DNA of 64,000 nt from a virus, in IMG/VR virus record IMGVR_UViG_3300050138_000621, positions 1 through 64,000 of that record, one strand, 5' to 3'. The notes beneath the pieces are model-generated. The model made no database searches, had not been told where the DNA came from, and saw only the letters and a program-made list of their open reading frames with translations. Below, piece by piece: positions 43,424-52,020 of the stretch (position 1 is its first letter; each line of letters opens with the position of its first letter). Both the position numbers and the translations under genes were made by a program.

Positions 43424-44464
43424 ATGGACTGCGATCCGGGACGCCTGGAGGCCTTCATTGAGGCCTCCGGGCTCTCTTTCCGTCAAAACAGTGTGTCGTG
43501 GATATTTGCGTGCCCACGCTGTAGCAAGAAAGACAAGCTGTATGTGCGACGCTCGGACGGCAGGTTCGTTTGTTGGAGCTGCCGCACCGAGACCGGCTTC
43601 CAGGGCAAGGCCGAGTATGCCCTCACCGAGCTGACGGGCCTCCCGATGAAGGAGGTTCGTCGTGTCCTGTACGGACAGAGGGACGTCGAAGGCGCTTCGG
43701 AGTTCAGGACCCTTGATGTTGGCGACTTCTTCGGCAGCGGGGACGATCTGGATGTCGACGCCGTCGAGATCCCGACGATGTACTGGCCGTACGACGACTA
43801 CTTCCCGATCGACGATCCGCGTGCCGCCAGGGGCCGCGCATACCTGGAGGGCCGCGGCGTACCCCTGGAGATTGCCAGTCAGTACGGGATCAGGTATTCG
43901 GCCAAGAAACGCAAGGTTGTGTTCCCGGTCGAGATCGGCGGCAGATTGGTCGGCTGGCAGGAGCGCACGATTCTCCCGACCAAGCGCTGGGACGAGGCGA
44001 AGCAGGACGTCGTTGTCACCGCCAAGATGCTCTCCTCGAAGGGGATCCCCACCTCCCAGACTGTCATGTTCCTGGACCGGTTGGTCGGCAAGGACTACGT
44101 CGTCGTGTGCGAGGGCCCCTTGGACGCCATCAAGTTGCACCGTGCTGGGGGCAACGTCTGCACGATGGGTAAGGAAGTCACTGATGGGCAGCGGGCTACG
44201 ATGCGCGATGCGAACCGGCTCTCACGGAGCGACCTGGGCCTGATCTTCAACTCTGGCATCAAACGGATATACCTAGCCCTGGACCCGGACGCGGCAACCG
44301 AGACGACTCGGCTGATCAGCGACTTCAGCGACCTGGAGACGTACCTGATCTCGGTTCCGAAGCCGCACAAGGACTTCGGGGACATGTCAGTCGACGCAGC
44401 CTACGACGCTTTCCTCGCCGCCAAGAGAGTTACCCCCAGCAACTGGATCGGCCACTTCGGGTGA
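43424..44464 (+). CDS. DNA primase (zinc finger plus TOPRIM)
   Basis: CPRCSKKDKLYV...FVCWSC, TOPRIM VVCEGPLDAIKL and YLALDPD. Confidence 0.7.
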   Translation: MDCDPGRLEAFIEASGLSFRQNSVSWIFACPRCSKKDKLYVRRSDGRFVCWSCRTETGFQGKAEYALTELTGLPMKEVRRVLYGQRDVEGASEFRTLDVGDFFGSGDDLDVDAVEIPTMYWPYDDYFPIDDPRAARGRAYLEGRGVPLEIASQYGIRYSAKKRKVVFPVEIGGRLVGWQERTILPTKRWDEAKQDVVVTAKMLSSKGIPTSQTVMFLDRLVGKDYVVVCEGPLDAIKLHRAGGNVCTMGKEVTDGQRATMRDANRLSRSDLGLIFNSGIKRIYLALDPDAATETTRLISDFSDLETYLISVPKPHKDFGDMSVDAAYDAFLAAKRVTPSNWIGHFG

Positions 44465-45493
44465 TTCCGGCGCCGGGCACTGGGAGCAGCCCTCTTCTCG
44501 GTGGCGCTCCAGCCGCTTCTCGGCCTCGCGGCGCGCGTCGGGATGGATGCGATCGTTCTCCACCACGGCCGTCAAGGTCTCGACCATCTTGTCGTGCCCC
44601 ATGGCCGAGAGCAGGTCCGAAAGCTCCTGTCCGATGCCGGCCGCCCGATGGGCGACGCCCTCGGCGATTGCGCGCTTGGCGTCCTCGTCCAAGTCCTCCC
44701 CACAGCTCTCTTCTTTTTCGCGCTCGGGAGCCGTGATCCAGTGGGTGGGGTCCGTCTGGTAGCGGCCCTCGTTGTCATGATGGTGACGGAAGTCCGAGCG
44801 CTCGCGGGTGTAGCCGTACAAGGCGATGCTGGCGTCGTCAGGCTTGGGCAGCTCGTTGCGGCCCTTGTTGATGAGGATGGTGCGAAACTCATTGAAGCGC
44901 TGGATGAGGTAGGTGTGGAGAAGCTTGTCGTTCGCGGTCTGCGTCAGGTCCGCGCGCTCGTAGAGCCCGATGAAGTTGCAGGTCCAGATGGCCGCATGGC
45001 TCTTGAGGTCGTCGATGTCCAGCATGTGGTCCTGGCAGCGCCACTGGTCGCGGGAGAAGAACTCTTTGCTGGCCTGGGTGATGAGCCACTGGTAGCTGGC
45101 GAGCTTTTCGTCCGAGGGGTTGGGTACGCGGCGGAACTCCGTGTGGCGGAAGGCGGCCAGATCAGAGTCCTCGCCGTTGCTCAGCTTGCGGTCCAGGACG
45201 GGGCCACGGTTGACCGGGCTCGACGCCTCGAATCCGAGGGCGACCTGCAACTCGGCGAATGCGGCCAGGGCCGTGGAGAGATTCCGGTGCGTCAGACGTT
45301 TGACGTCGACGGCGTATGGACCCGTCTCGCCCTCGACTGCAAGGGTCACGCGGCGTTCCATTCCTTCCGCATCCGTGACGACCATGGAAACGCCGTTACG
45401 TTCCAGGACTTTGACGCCAGAACTCTGGCACCAGCTCGCCAGGATGTTCATCGCTCGCGAAATGATCTGGGGGCTCATGCGGGTGATAGCCAT
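44387..45493 (-). CDS. hypothetical protein, the lone minus-strand gene in the plus-strand block; weak sigma region-2-like segment
   Basis: 368-aa ORF. Its 3' end overlaps the convergent primase gene by 78 nt. It has a 204-nt leader after a 12-mer. LDIDDLKSHAAIWTCNFIGLYE...LLHTYLIQRFNEF is only vaguely sigma-like. Confidence 0.5.
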   Translation of the reverse strand: MAITRMSPQIISRAMNILASWCQSSGVKVLERNGVSMVVTDAEGMERRVTLAVEGETGPYAVDVKRLTHRNLSTALAAFAELQVALGFEASSPVNRGPVLDRKLSNGEDSDLAAFRHTEFRRVPNPSDEKLASYQWLITQASKEFFSRDQWRCQDHMLDIDDLKSHAAIWTCNFIGLYERADLTQTANDKLLHTYLIQRFNEFRTILINKGRNELPKPDDASIALYGYTRERSDFRHHHDNEGRYQTDPTHWITAPEREKEESCGEDLDEDAKRAIAEGVAHRAAGIGQELSDLLSAMGHDKMVETLTAVVENDRIHPDARREAEKRLERHREEGCSQCPAPESPEVADPVAGGNSLGGEESVVGCVD

Positions 45494-45697
45494 GTGATTC
45501 TGCTCCGTTAGGTGTTTGGGGCGGGGAGACGGACTTTACTCTCGTCCTTAAAGAGTAACGCTGCTTACAGTTCCGAAGATACTGGACCGGGGATAACCTG
45601 ACAAGATCTTTTCGTCACAACGTTACGTTTTCCGCCACGACGTGACATTTCGTGGTTACCATCCGGTCCTGAATTTTTGATCACCATCCTGATCCGC
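45494..45697 (-). promoter_or_regulatory. 204-nt untranslated, lower-GC, structured leader or small RNA downstream of a 12-mer
   Basis: Long-range helix GGACCGG..TAACC (45584-45598) pairs with GGTTA..CCGGTCC (45654-45669). Hairpin TTACTCT (45536-45542) / AGAGTAA (45552-45558). No credible ORF. Confidence 0.35.
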
Positions 45698-45709
45698 CTA
45701 TAGCGAACG
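45698..45709 (-). promoter_or_regulatory. 12-nt element CGTTCGCTATAG
   Basis: Exact match, 204 nt upstream of ATG 45493. Divergent partner of 45720, 10 nt apart. Confidence 0.6.
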
Positions 45710-45719
45710 CCTCGAACCC

Positions 45720-45731
45720 CGTTCGCTATAG
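45720..45731 (+). promoter_or_regulatory. 12-nt element CGTTCGCTATAG
   Basis: Exact match, 7 nt upstream of the clpP-like ATG 45739. Confidence 0.6.
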
Positions 45732-45738
45732 GACCTGT

Positions 45739-46299
45739 ATGGAAGAAGCTCCGACCTCTCCTGACGACCCGAAGGCCCGCGTCATCTTCCTGTTCGGCTC
45801 CCTCGACGACGAGAAGGCAGCCGGAGTGGCGGTCGGGCTGCGGCAGCTTCAAGAGCAAGGCCCGGAGCCGATCCAGATCGTTCTTTGCTCAACCGGCGGC
45901 GGTGAAACGGCCGGCTGGGCCATATACGACGCGATCCGGTTGTGCCCGAACCACGTCAACATAGACGCAATCGGCTCGGTGTGGAGCATGGCCGTGGCCG
46001 TCCTTCAGGCCGGGGACACGCGGCGGATGTCACCAGAGTGTAGGTCGATGATCCACGCCGGCAGCGCGGCGTTGAGCGATTCAGTCGACCAGAAGACCTT
46101 CATCGCACTCGGCCGCGAGGCAAAGAAGACGAACCGCCGCTACCAGCAGGTGCTGGCCAGGCATACAAGCCTCTCCACCAAGCGGATGCGCGAGTTCTGC
46201 GACACCGAATCCTTTTTCTCCGCCAAGGAAGCCCTGAGGCTGGGCTTCATAGATTCGATCACCACCTACCCCGCCAAGTTTCCAGGAGCAGCTCAATGA
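45739..46299 (+). CDS. clpP: ClpP-family serine protease
   Basis: RVIFLFGSLDD..., STGGGETAGWAIYDAI, GSVWSMAVAVLQAG (Ser), RSMIHAG (His), collinear with ClpP. A 12-mer lies 7 nt upstream. Confidence 0.75.
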   Translation: MEEAPTSPDDPKARVIFLFGSLDDEKAAGVAVGLRQLQEQGPEPIQIVLCSTGGGETAGWAIYDAIRLCPNHVNIDAIGSVWSMAVAVLQAGDTRRMSPECRSMIHAGSAALSDSVDQKTFIALGREAKKTNRRYQQVLARHTSLSTKRMREFCDTESFFSAKEALRLGFIDSITTYPAKFPGAAQ

Positions 46300-46907
46300 C
46301 CCCCACGTCCAGCAAGATCGCCAAAGTCGCCATCGTCGTCGCTCTCGTCGTCGGGGGTTACGCCCTTGGCCGCTACGCACAGCCGGCCAAGGTCGTCGTC
46401 ACCGAGCGTGTCGTGACCGTCGAGAAGCAGGTCGTTGTCACCCAGGTCGTTACCAAGACCCAGATCCAGGTCGTCAAGGTGCGTGACACGCAGAAGGACG
46501 TCCACAAGGTCGAGGTCACGGAGAAGAAGGCCGACGGCACCGTGACGACGACAGTCACCACCGACGACAAATCGAAGTCGCAGACCGATCTCAACAAAGA
46601 CGTGAACGCCGCCACTCAGACGAATGTCACCGCCAAGACGGTCCTCTCCCAGACCGACGACAAAAAGACGGTCACAACCTTCGGCAGCAAGCCACAGTGG
46701 TCGCTCGTCCTGCAGCCCGGCTTCGAGTTCGGTGAAGCGCTCGGGGTCACCAACAGCTCCTACAACCTGCTCTCCAAGGCGCTGCCCATGGCCCCCCACC
46801 TGATGGCTAACATCGGCATCGAGCACCGGTTCATTGGCCCGATCTTCCTGGGTGCCTGGGCGAACACCCGCCTTGACGCCGGCCTCAGCATCCGCCTGGA
46901 GTGGTAG
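46296..46907 (+). CDS. membrane-anchored Val/Thr/Gln-repeat protein with an OMP-like C-terminal signal (...GLSIRLEW)
   Basis: N-terminal TM helix (VAIVVALVVGGYALG), repetitive VVT/VTT stretch, terminal aromatic residue. Confidence 0.55.
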   Translation: MTPTSSKIAKVAIVVALVVGGYALGRYAQPAKVVVTERVVTVEKQVVVTQVVTKTQIQVVKVRDTQKDVHKVEVTEKKADGTVTTTVTTDDKSKSQTDLNKDVNAATQTNVTAKTVLSQTDDKKTVTTFGSKPQWSLVLQPGFEFGEALGVTNSSYNLLSKALPMAPHLMANIGIEHRFIGPIFLGAWANTRLDAGLSIRLEW

Positions 46908-47491
46908 TGGACAAACACTCTGAGCTGGAGCTGAAGTTCGCCGCCGACCACGTGGATCCGGTCAAGTTCAAGGCCTGGGGCATGGCCATGCGGCCGACCC
47001 GGTTCAACAGCGCCTGCTACCCCGACGTCTACTACTTCCGCGGCGACAACGTGGTCCGTCACCGGCTCCTGAGTGGCCCCGGCGAGCTGACTGTGAAGAG
47101 GCGGAAGAGAGTGGACAGCATCACCGACCGCCAGGAGATCGACCTCACCTTCGCTCCCTTGGTCACCGCGGCCGACATCGCCGCGTTCTTGCTGGCCGCG
47201 GGATGGGAGGTCGCGTTCACTCTCCAGAAGCACTTCTCGTACCCGTTCTGGTTCAAGCACGTCGACGCTCACGTCGTGGTGTCGCTGTACGAGGTCGAGC
47301 GCACTGACACGAGGGAAACGCGACGGTTTCTGGAGATCGAGGTCGACAAGGACTCCGAGGTGTCCGACATCGCCGCCCGCAATCTCCTGAATCTGTGGGC
47401 CAGTACCGCAGCCGACGAGTTTGACCTGGGCGTTCCCGTGGATCTCTCGCTCTACGAGCTGTACAGCGGTCGGCGCTACCTCGGCGTGTAG
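46901..47491 (+). CDS. CYTH / triphosphate-tunnel metalloenzyme-like protein
   Basis: N-terminal ELELKF (ExExK signature) and a late RFLEIEV strand. About 196 aa. Confidence 0.45.
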   Translation: MVVDKHSELELKFAADHVDPVKFKAWGMAMRPTRFNSACYPDVYYFRGDNVVRHRLLSGPGELTVKRRKRVDSITDRQEIDLTFAPLVTAADIAAFLLAAGWEVAFTLQKHFSYPFWFKHVDAHVVVSLYEVERTDTRETRRFLEIEVDKDSEVSDIAARNLLNLWASTAADEFDLGVPVDLSLYELYSGRRYLGV

Positions 47492-47494
47492 GTC

Positions 47495-47998
47495 GTGGAG
47501 ATTCGGCTCACCCAGGGGCAAGCCGCGGTCGTTGACGACGACGACGCCGACCTGGCGACGTCGAGGTGGTACGCATGGAAGGTCAAGTACGGCAAGACGT
47601 TCTACGCCGTCCGCAACGTGCGAAAGCCAGACGGCAAGCGGACGACAGAGCGCCTCCACCAGGTCATTGCCGGTCGCATGTGCATTGCGGGAGTCCCTGA
47701 CCACATAGACCGAAATGGCCTGAACAATCGTCGAGACAACCTGCGCCCTGCCAACGATTCTCAGAACCAAGCAAACCAGTCGCTCCAGACCAACAATACC
47801 AGCGGCTTCAAGGGAGTTTGCTGGGGCACGCGCGACGGCAAGTGGATGGCCTACATCACCGTTAGCCGCAAGAGGCGCTACCTCGGCGTCTTTGGCGACC
47901 CGATCGAAGCCGCGAGGGCCTACGACCGCGCGGCCGAGGAGGCGTTCGGCGAGTTCGCATTCCTGAACTTCCCCGACGCACAGCAGCGTTCGCTATAG
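47495..47998 (+). CDS. HNH endonuclease with AP2 DNA-binding domain (homing-endonuclease type)
   Basis: HIDRNGLNNRRDNLR (HNH) and SGFKGV...GKWMAYI...LGVF...EAARAYDRAA..FGEFAFLNF (AP2). The stop codon is the TAG of a 12-mer. Confidence 0.75.
   Translation: MEIRLTQGQAAVVDDDDADLATSRWYAWKVKYGKTFYAVRNVRKPDGKRTTERLHQVIAGRMCIAGVPDHIDRNGLNNRRDNLRPANDSQNQANQSLQTNNTSGFKGVCWGTRDGKWMAYITVSRKRRYLGVFGDPIEAARAYDRAAEEAFGEFAFLNFPDAQQRSL
47987..47998 (+). promoter_or_regulatory. 12-nt element CGTTCGCTATAG
   Basis: Exact match. Its TAG is the stop of the HNH-AP2 gene. 6 nt upstream of ATG 48005. Confidence 0.6.
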
Positions 47999-48004
47999 GC
48001 GACC

Positions 48005-48310
48005 ATGGACAAAGATACGGTAAAAGAAATCGTCACCTTCGAGTTGGAGTCGAGCTGCCCGGATTCCGCGGACATCGAACGATGCGCCGAAGGGATCGCC
48101 GAGAAGCTCGGCGACGACTTCGCACCGCTCCTCTATCGGGTCCGCACGGTTGTCCTGGACGGCCTCCAGACCTTGGAAGACTGCCTCGTAGAGGCGGAGA
48201 TCCAGCAACTGGCAAGAGAGATCGCCGAAAAGCTCTGCGCGGGATCTGAGTTCGAAGAGGACGAAGAGGAGTTTCTCCTCGAAATCGAGGACGAAGAGGG
48301 AGAGGAATGA
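48005..48310 (+). CDS. small highly acidic protein
   Basis: 101 aa, ending EFEEDEEEFLLEIEDEEGEE. A 12-mer lies 6 nt upstream. Confidence 0.6.
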   Translation: MDKDTVKEIVTFELESSCPDSADIERCAEGIAEKLGDDFAPLLYRVRTVVLDGLQTLEDCLVEAEIQQLAREIAEKLCAGSEFEEDEEEFLLEIEDEEGEE

Positions 48311-48558
48311 CAAGATCCGTTCGATCTGTCGAGATCGGGGACCACGTCACACCCCTGAAACGCCACTTCTTGGTCATCGCCGACAACCCCTCGGGTCCAT
48401 CCCCGATCGACATCAGCGCCCGGCTAGTGACCTTCCTCCAGGAGATGTTGGCCATGCCCAGCCTTCTGGCGGTCGGACCAGTGGCCACGCCACACTACAG
48501 CATCAGTCACGACGGGGAACGGTGGACGATCCGGGGCGAGGGCGAATCGGCGCAGTAG
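48307..48558 (+). CDS. hypothetical protein
   Basis: 83-aa ORF overlapping the upstream stop. Confidence 0.5.
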   Translation: MTRSVRSVEIGDHVTPLKRHFLVIADNPSGPSPIDISARLVTFLQEMLAMPSLLAVGPVATPHYSISHDGERWTIRGEGESAQ

Positions 48559-48562
48559 GGCC

Positions 48563-48574
48563 CGTTCGCTATAG
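48563..48574 (+). promoter_or_regulatory. 12-nt element CGTTCGCTATAG
   Basis: Exact match, 7 nt upstream of ATG 48582. Confidence 0.6.
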
Positions 48575-48581
48575 ACTGATC

Positions 48582-48923
48582 ATGGACAAGTTTTTCAGCG
48601 TTACCGGCAACGTCCGGAAGGACCACTTCGGCCGAATCGTCGTCGACACCTGTTCGTCCGATCCCGACCACCTGCGTGAGTCGAGGACGGACCCGGCTCG
48701 GAACCGACCGCTCTGCAGGAAGCTGGTCGAGGATGCTTTCGAGGGCTTCCTGGGGAAAACCGGGACGCTGGTCATGACGATCTCGCTCAAAGAGGACAGC
48801 GTTGGCGCGATCCCGGGCGCAGAGATCCACACTGCTGTCACGGTCCAAAACAAGTCCTGCTCAACAGGTGGCCTGGAAGAAGCCGTGATTGCGGCACTGG
48901 AGCAGCTCGATGGCACGCTCTAA
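48582..48923 (+). CDS. hypothetical protein
   Basis: ATG 48582 (MDKFFSV...) lies 7 nt after a 12-mer. The upstream part of ORF 48522..48923 spans the motif. Confidence 0.55.
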   Translation: MDKFFSVTGNVRKDHFGRIVVDTCSSDPDHLRESRTDPARNRPLCRKLVEDAFEGFLGKTGTLVMTISLKEDSVGAIPGAEIHTAVTVQNKSCSTGGLEEAVIAALEQLDGTL

Positions 48924-49458
48924 GAAGCCCGTCTCGTTCGCGGAGAATCAGTGGGAGACGCTCTGGAAGCCTCTCGTCACCACCAACGGCCGCATCGATA
49001 AGGCCAAGCTGATGACGGAGCTGGCGGACTTCTCGATACTGATGGAGGAGGCCGGCAAGGTCTACAACCACGTCAGCGGCGGCCGGATCACCACCGTCAG
49101 AGTCATGTCCGGCGACGTCATCAACGCTGCGACCGAAGCCGACAACGACGCGCTCCGGGAGATCCTCGCCGACGAGAAGACGCGCTGGGACGAAGAGCGC
49201 GCAGAGCGAGATTCGGTGGTCGAACTCGAAGATGCAGATGTCGAACAACTCGAAGACGTTTGCTACGTAAGCATCGGATCGCCGACGCTGAGCTTCAAGG
49301 GCCACCACGTCCACGTCACGGTCCCCGGCGGCACGTACGTCGCGGCCTGGTCCTCGGAAACAGGCCAGCTCTTTCTCGACGAAGCGCGACCGCTGCCGGC
49401 GGACTGGGTAGATACCACGAAAGAAGCCGCCAGGGCCCTGCTGAGCAAGGAGCGATAA
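48910..49458 (+). CDS. hypothetical protein
   Basis: ATG 48910 (MARSKKPVSF...) in ORF 48889..49458. Confidence 0.55.
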   Translation: MARSKKPVSFAENQWETLWKPLVTTNGRIDKAKLMTELADFSILMEEAGKVYNHVSGGRITTVRVMSGDVINAATEADNDALREILADEKTRWDEERAERDSVVELEDADVEQLEDVCYVSIGSPTLSFKGHHVHVTVPGGTYVAAWSSETGQLFLDEARPLPADWVDTTKEAARALLSKER

Positions 49459-49459
49459 G

Positions 49460-50092
49460 ATGTTCACCAAAGAAGAGCACGATCGGCTGCACGACCTGGT
49501 TTTTCGCGACGATTATTCGGGCTACAAGCCGACCGTTCTGGAGAGCCCAAACGGCGACGGCAAAATCGACGTCGAGAAGCGTTACGCGCACATTGCAACA
49601 AAGTACTTCACGACCGCCCAGCAGCGCATCGATCTGCTGCCCTTCCTGCAGCTCGCCCACGCGGCGGCCTCGGAGATCGCTCGCGCCATTCGGCTGCCGC
49701 CCGAGTTCCATCCGCAGCTGGAGGTAAGCGCCCTTCGCGTCCTGGAGTACCCACCTGGAGCCTTCAGCAACGAACATGTGGACGCCGATCTGTTCACGCT
49801 GATGCTTTACCGCGATCAAGTCGATCGGTTCTGTTCGAAGGACATGGGCAACCAGACGCTGCGCTACGTCCGCCACTTCAATCTACAGGCCCATATTGGT
49901 CAGATGGGCACGGAGATGGGACTCGGGGAGGCAACTCCCCACTGGGTTCTGCCGAGCGATACAATCCAGCACTCCATCGTCTACTTCGCGATCCCCGCCC
50001 ATGACAGCAAGATGCCGAGTGGGGTGTTCGTTCGCGACTGGCTGAACGAGCGGATGGCTCGGATGCGATCAGACTTCAAGGAGTACGAGTAG
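49460..50092 (+). CDS. 2OG-Fe(II) oxygenase-superfamily protein
   Basis: LRVLEYPPG...NEHVDADLFTLM (HxD) and a later ...HWVLPS..IQHSIVYF pattern. Confidence 0.5.
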   Translation: MFTKEEHDRLHDLVFRDDYSGYKPTVLESPNGDGKIDVEKRYAHIATKYFTTAQQRIDLLPFLQLAHAAASEIARAIRLPPEFHPQLEVSALRVLEYPPGAFSNEHVDADLFTLMLYRDQVDRFCSKDMGNQTLRYVRHFNLQAHIGQMGTEMGLGEATPHWVLPSDTIQHSIVYFAIPAHDSKMPSGVFVRDWLNERMARMRSDFKEYE

Positions 50093-50524
50093 ATGCTCGC
50101 CTGGAAGAAGCTCGCGAAGCGCTACAGTGATCGCGTCCGCGATTTCAGTGCCAACCCGGCCCTTTTGCTCGGGATGATGGTCATGCAATCGGACGGCGAC
50201 GAGAACAAGATGGCTTATCGCGCTGCCGAGTGCCTCTCGTGGGTGTTCGAGTGGATGCTGCGCCACAACCCGCAGGCGAAAAACTACGTTGAGATCGCGA
50301 TGATCACCGGCGACGGAGAGCAGTTCTTTGTCACCGTCCAGCGGCCGGGCGGGAAGACGCCGTCCCAGCTCTACACCGCGGCCAAGGCCGAACTGGAGCA
50401 ACTCCGGAAGGCTGACGGGAGGCGGAAGTGCCTCAAGGACGGCTGCGACACGTGGTACCGGCCGGGCGTGCTCGGCGATGGGGGTCCGCGGCACTGCCCC
50501 GCCCACAACGACCTGAATCCATGA
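50093..50524 (+). CDS. hypothetical protein (C-terminal Cys/His cluster)
   Basis: 143-aa ORF. Confidence 0.55.
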   Translation: MLAWKKLAKRYSDRVRDFSANPALLLGMMVMQSDGDENKMAYRAAECLSWVFEWMLRHNPQAKNYVEIAMITGDGEQFFVTVQRPGGKTPSQLYTAAKAELEQLRKADGRRKCLKDGCDTWYRPGVLGDGGPRHCPAHNDLNP

Positions 50525-50694
50525 TCGTCTTCGACCTCATCAGGTCCCCGCGGTTCTTTCCTGGGATCATTATCGCGCTGCAAGCCTGCGCGGCGATTCG
50601 CTGGGGCTTCGCCGGCAGCGCCTGGAATATGTTCTATTGGGCCTTCGCCGTTGGTCTCAATACGATCGTTACGTTCGGAAAGCTGGGGCAGTAG
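50521..50694 (+). CDS. small hydrophobic protein (about 2 TM segments)
   Basis: ATG 50521 (ATGA overlap) gives MIVFDLIRSPRFFPGIIIALQACAAIRWGFAGSAWNMFYWAFAVGLNTIVTFGKLGQ. Confidence 0.45.
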   Translation: MIVFDLIRSPRFFPGIIIALQACAAIRWGFAGSAWNMFYWAFAVGLNTIVTFGKLGQ

Positions 50695-50703
50695 GATAGT
50701 AGG

Positions 50704-52020
50704 ATGTCGATCTCGACGATGAACAAGCCTGGCCAGGTGGTGCCGGTCAAGCTGTGGACAGAGCTGCACGAGGTTGAGTCCGAGGCCCTGGACCAGCTGG
50801 AGAAGGTCGCCAGCCTGCCGTGGGCTTTCCACCACGTCGCCGTCATGCCCGACGTCCACTATGGCAAAGGCGCTACCGTAGGCTCGGTCATCGCCATGAA
50901 GAACGCGCTGGCGCCGGCGGCGGTTGGTGTCGACATCGGCTGCGGCATGGGTGCCATCAAGACCTCGTTGAAAGCGTCAGACCTTCCCGACAATCTGGAA
51001 GCGATCCGCACATCGATCGAGGCGGCAATCCCCGTCGGCTTCATGTCTCACGAGGAGCCGCCGATCACGGGCTCGTCCGCTGAGGCCATCAAGCGCGCTG
51101 GAGCCAAACTGTTCTCGGAATTCAGCGGCCTGACGCCTAAAGTCCAAGACCTTCTCGGGCGTGCGCGTCGCCAAGTCGGGACGCTGGGCGGCGGCAACCA
51201 CTTCATCGAGATATGCCTGGACGACAGGAAATGTCCGAACTGTGAAAACGGATCTGGGTACACCCGACACCTCGGGATGGACAACGATGAGGTGGTCGAG
51301 GACTGCAAGAACCACCAGGAAGATCCGCAGGTCTGGCTGATGCTCCACAGCGGCAGCCGCAACATCGGCAAAGAGCTGGCCGAGTTCCACATCGGCATCG
51401 CCAAGAAGCTCCTCCACAATCAGGAGCTGCCCGATCGCGACCTCGCCGTCTTCCTGTCGGGAACATCGGAGATGGAGGCCTACCGCAACGACCTGTTCTG
51501 GGCGCAGCGGTACGCGTTCTTAAACCGCAGGGTCATGTTCGAGCTGTTCAAGGAGGTGGTCAGGAACGCCTTCCCGTACCACACCGCTGGCGAGCCCGAT
51601 CTGGTGTTCTTCGATGAGCCCATCCTCTGCCATCACAACTACGTCAGCGAGGAAACCCACTTCGGCGAAGGCGTGATCGTGACCCGCAAGGGCGCCATCC
51701 GCGCAGGCGTCGGAGAGATGGGGATCATCCCGGGCTCGATGGGCACCAAGAGCTACATCGTGCGCGGCCTCGGCAATCCGGAGTCGTTCTCCAGCGCGAG
51801 CCACGGGGCTGGCCGCCGCATGTCCCGAACCAAGGCCCGGAAGACGTTCACGCTCGACGACCTCGCGGCTCAGACTTCGGGCGTGTGCTGCCGCAAGGAC
51901 CGTGAAGTAATCGACGAGATCCCGGGCGCCTACAAGTCGATTGAGCAGGTGATGTCGAACCAGGCCGACCTCGTCGAGGTCGTGGCGACTCTCAAGCAGG
52001 TTCTATGCGTCAAAGGATGA
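50704..52020 (+). CDS. rtcB: RtcB RNA ligase (3'-phosphate/5'-OH)
   Basis: PDVHYGKGATVGSV, DIGCGM, GGGNHFIE, HSGSRNIG, CHHNY, PGSMGTKSY, SASHGAGR, all in canonical order. Confidence 0.85.
   Translation: MSISTMNKPGQVVPVKLWTELHEVESEALDQLEKVASLPWAFHHVAVMPDVHYGKGATVGSVIAMKNALAPAAVGVDIGCGMGAIKTSLKASDLPDNLEAIRTSIEAAIPVGFMSHEEPPITGSSAEAIKRAGAKLFSEFSGLTPKVQDLLGRARRQVGTLGGGNHFIEICLDDRKCPNCENGSGYTRHLGMDNDEVVEDCKNHQEDPQVWLMLHSGSRNIGKELAEFHIGIAKKLLHNQELPDRDLAVFLSGTSEMEAYRNDLFWAQRYAFLNRRVMFELFKEVVRNAFPYHTAGEPDLVFFDEPILCHHNYVSEETHFGEGVIVTRKGAIRAGVGEMGIIPGSMGTKSYIVRGLGNPESFSSASHGAGRRMSRTKARKTFTLDDLAAQTSGVCCRKDREVIDEIPGAYKSIEQVMSNQADLVEVVATLKQVLCVKG

Noticed and set aside
45565-45858. 97-aa minus-strand ORF spanning the divergent 12-mer pair.
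   Set aside because: It would read through both conserved elements and the clpP-like start, and its translation is Arg/Gly-rich. The region is better explained as regulatory or untranslated.
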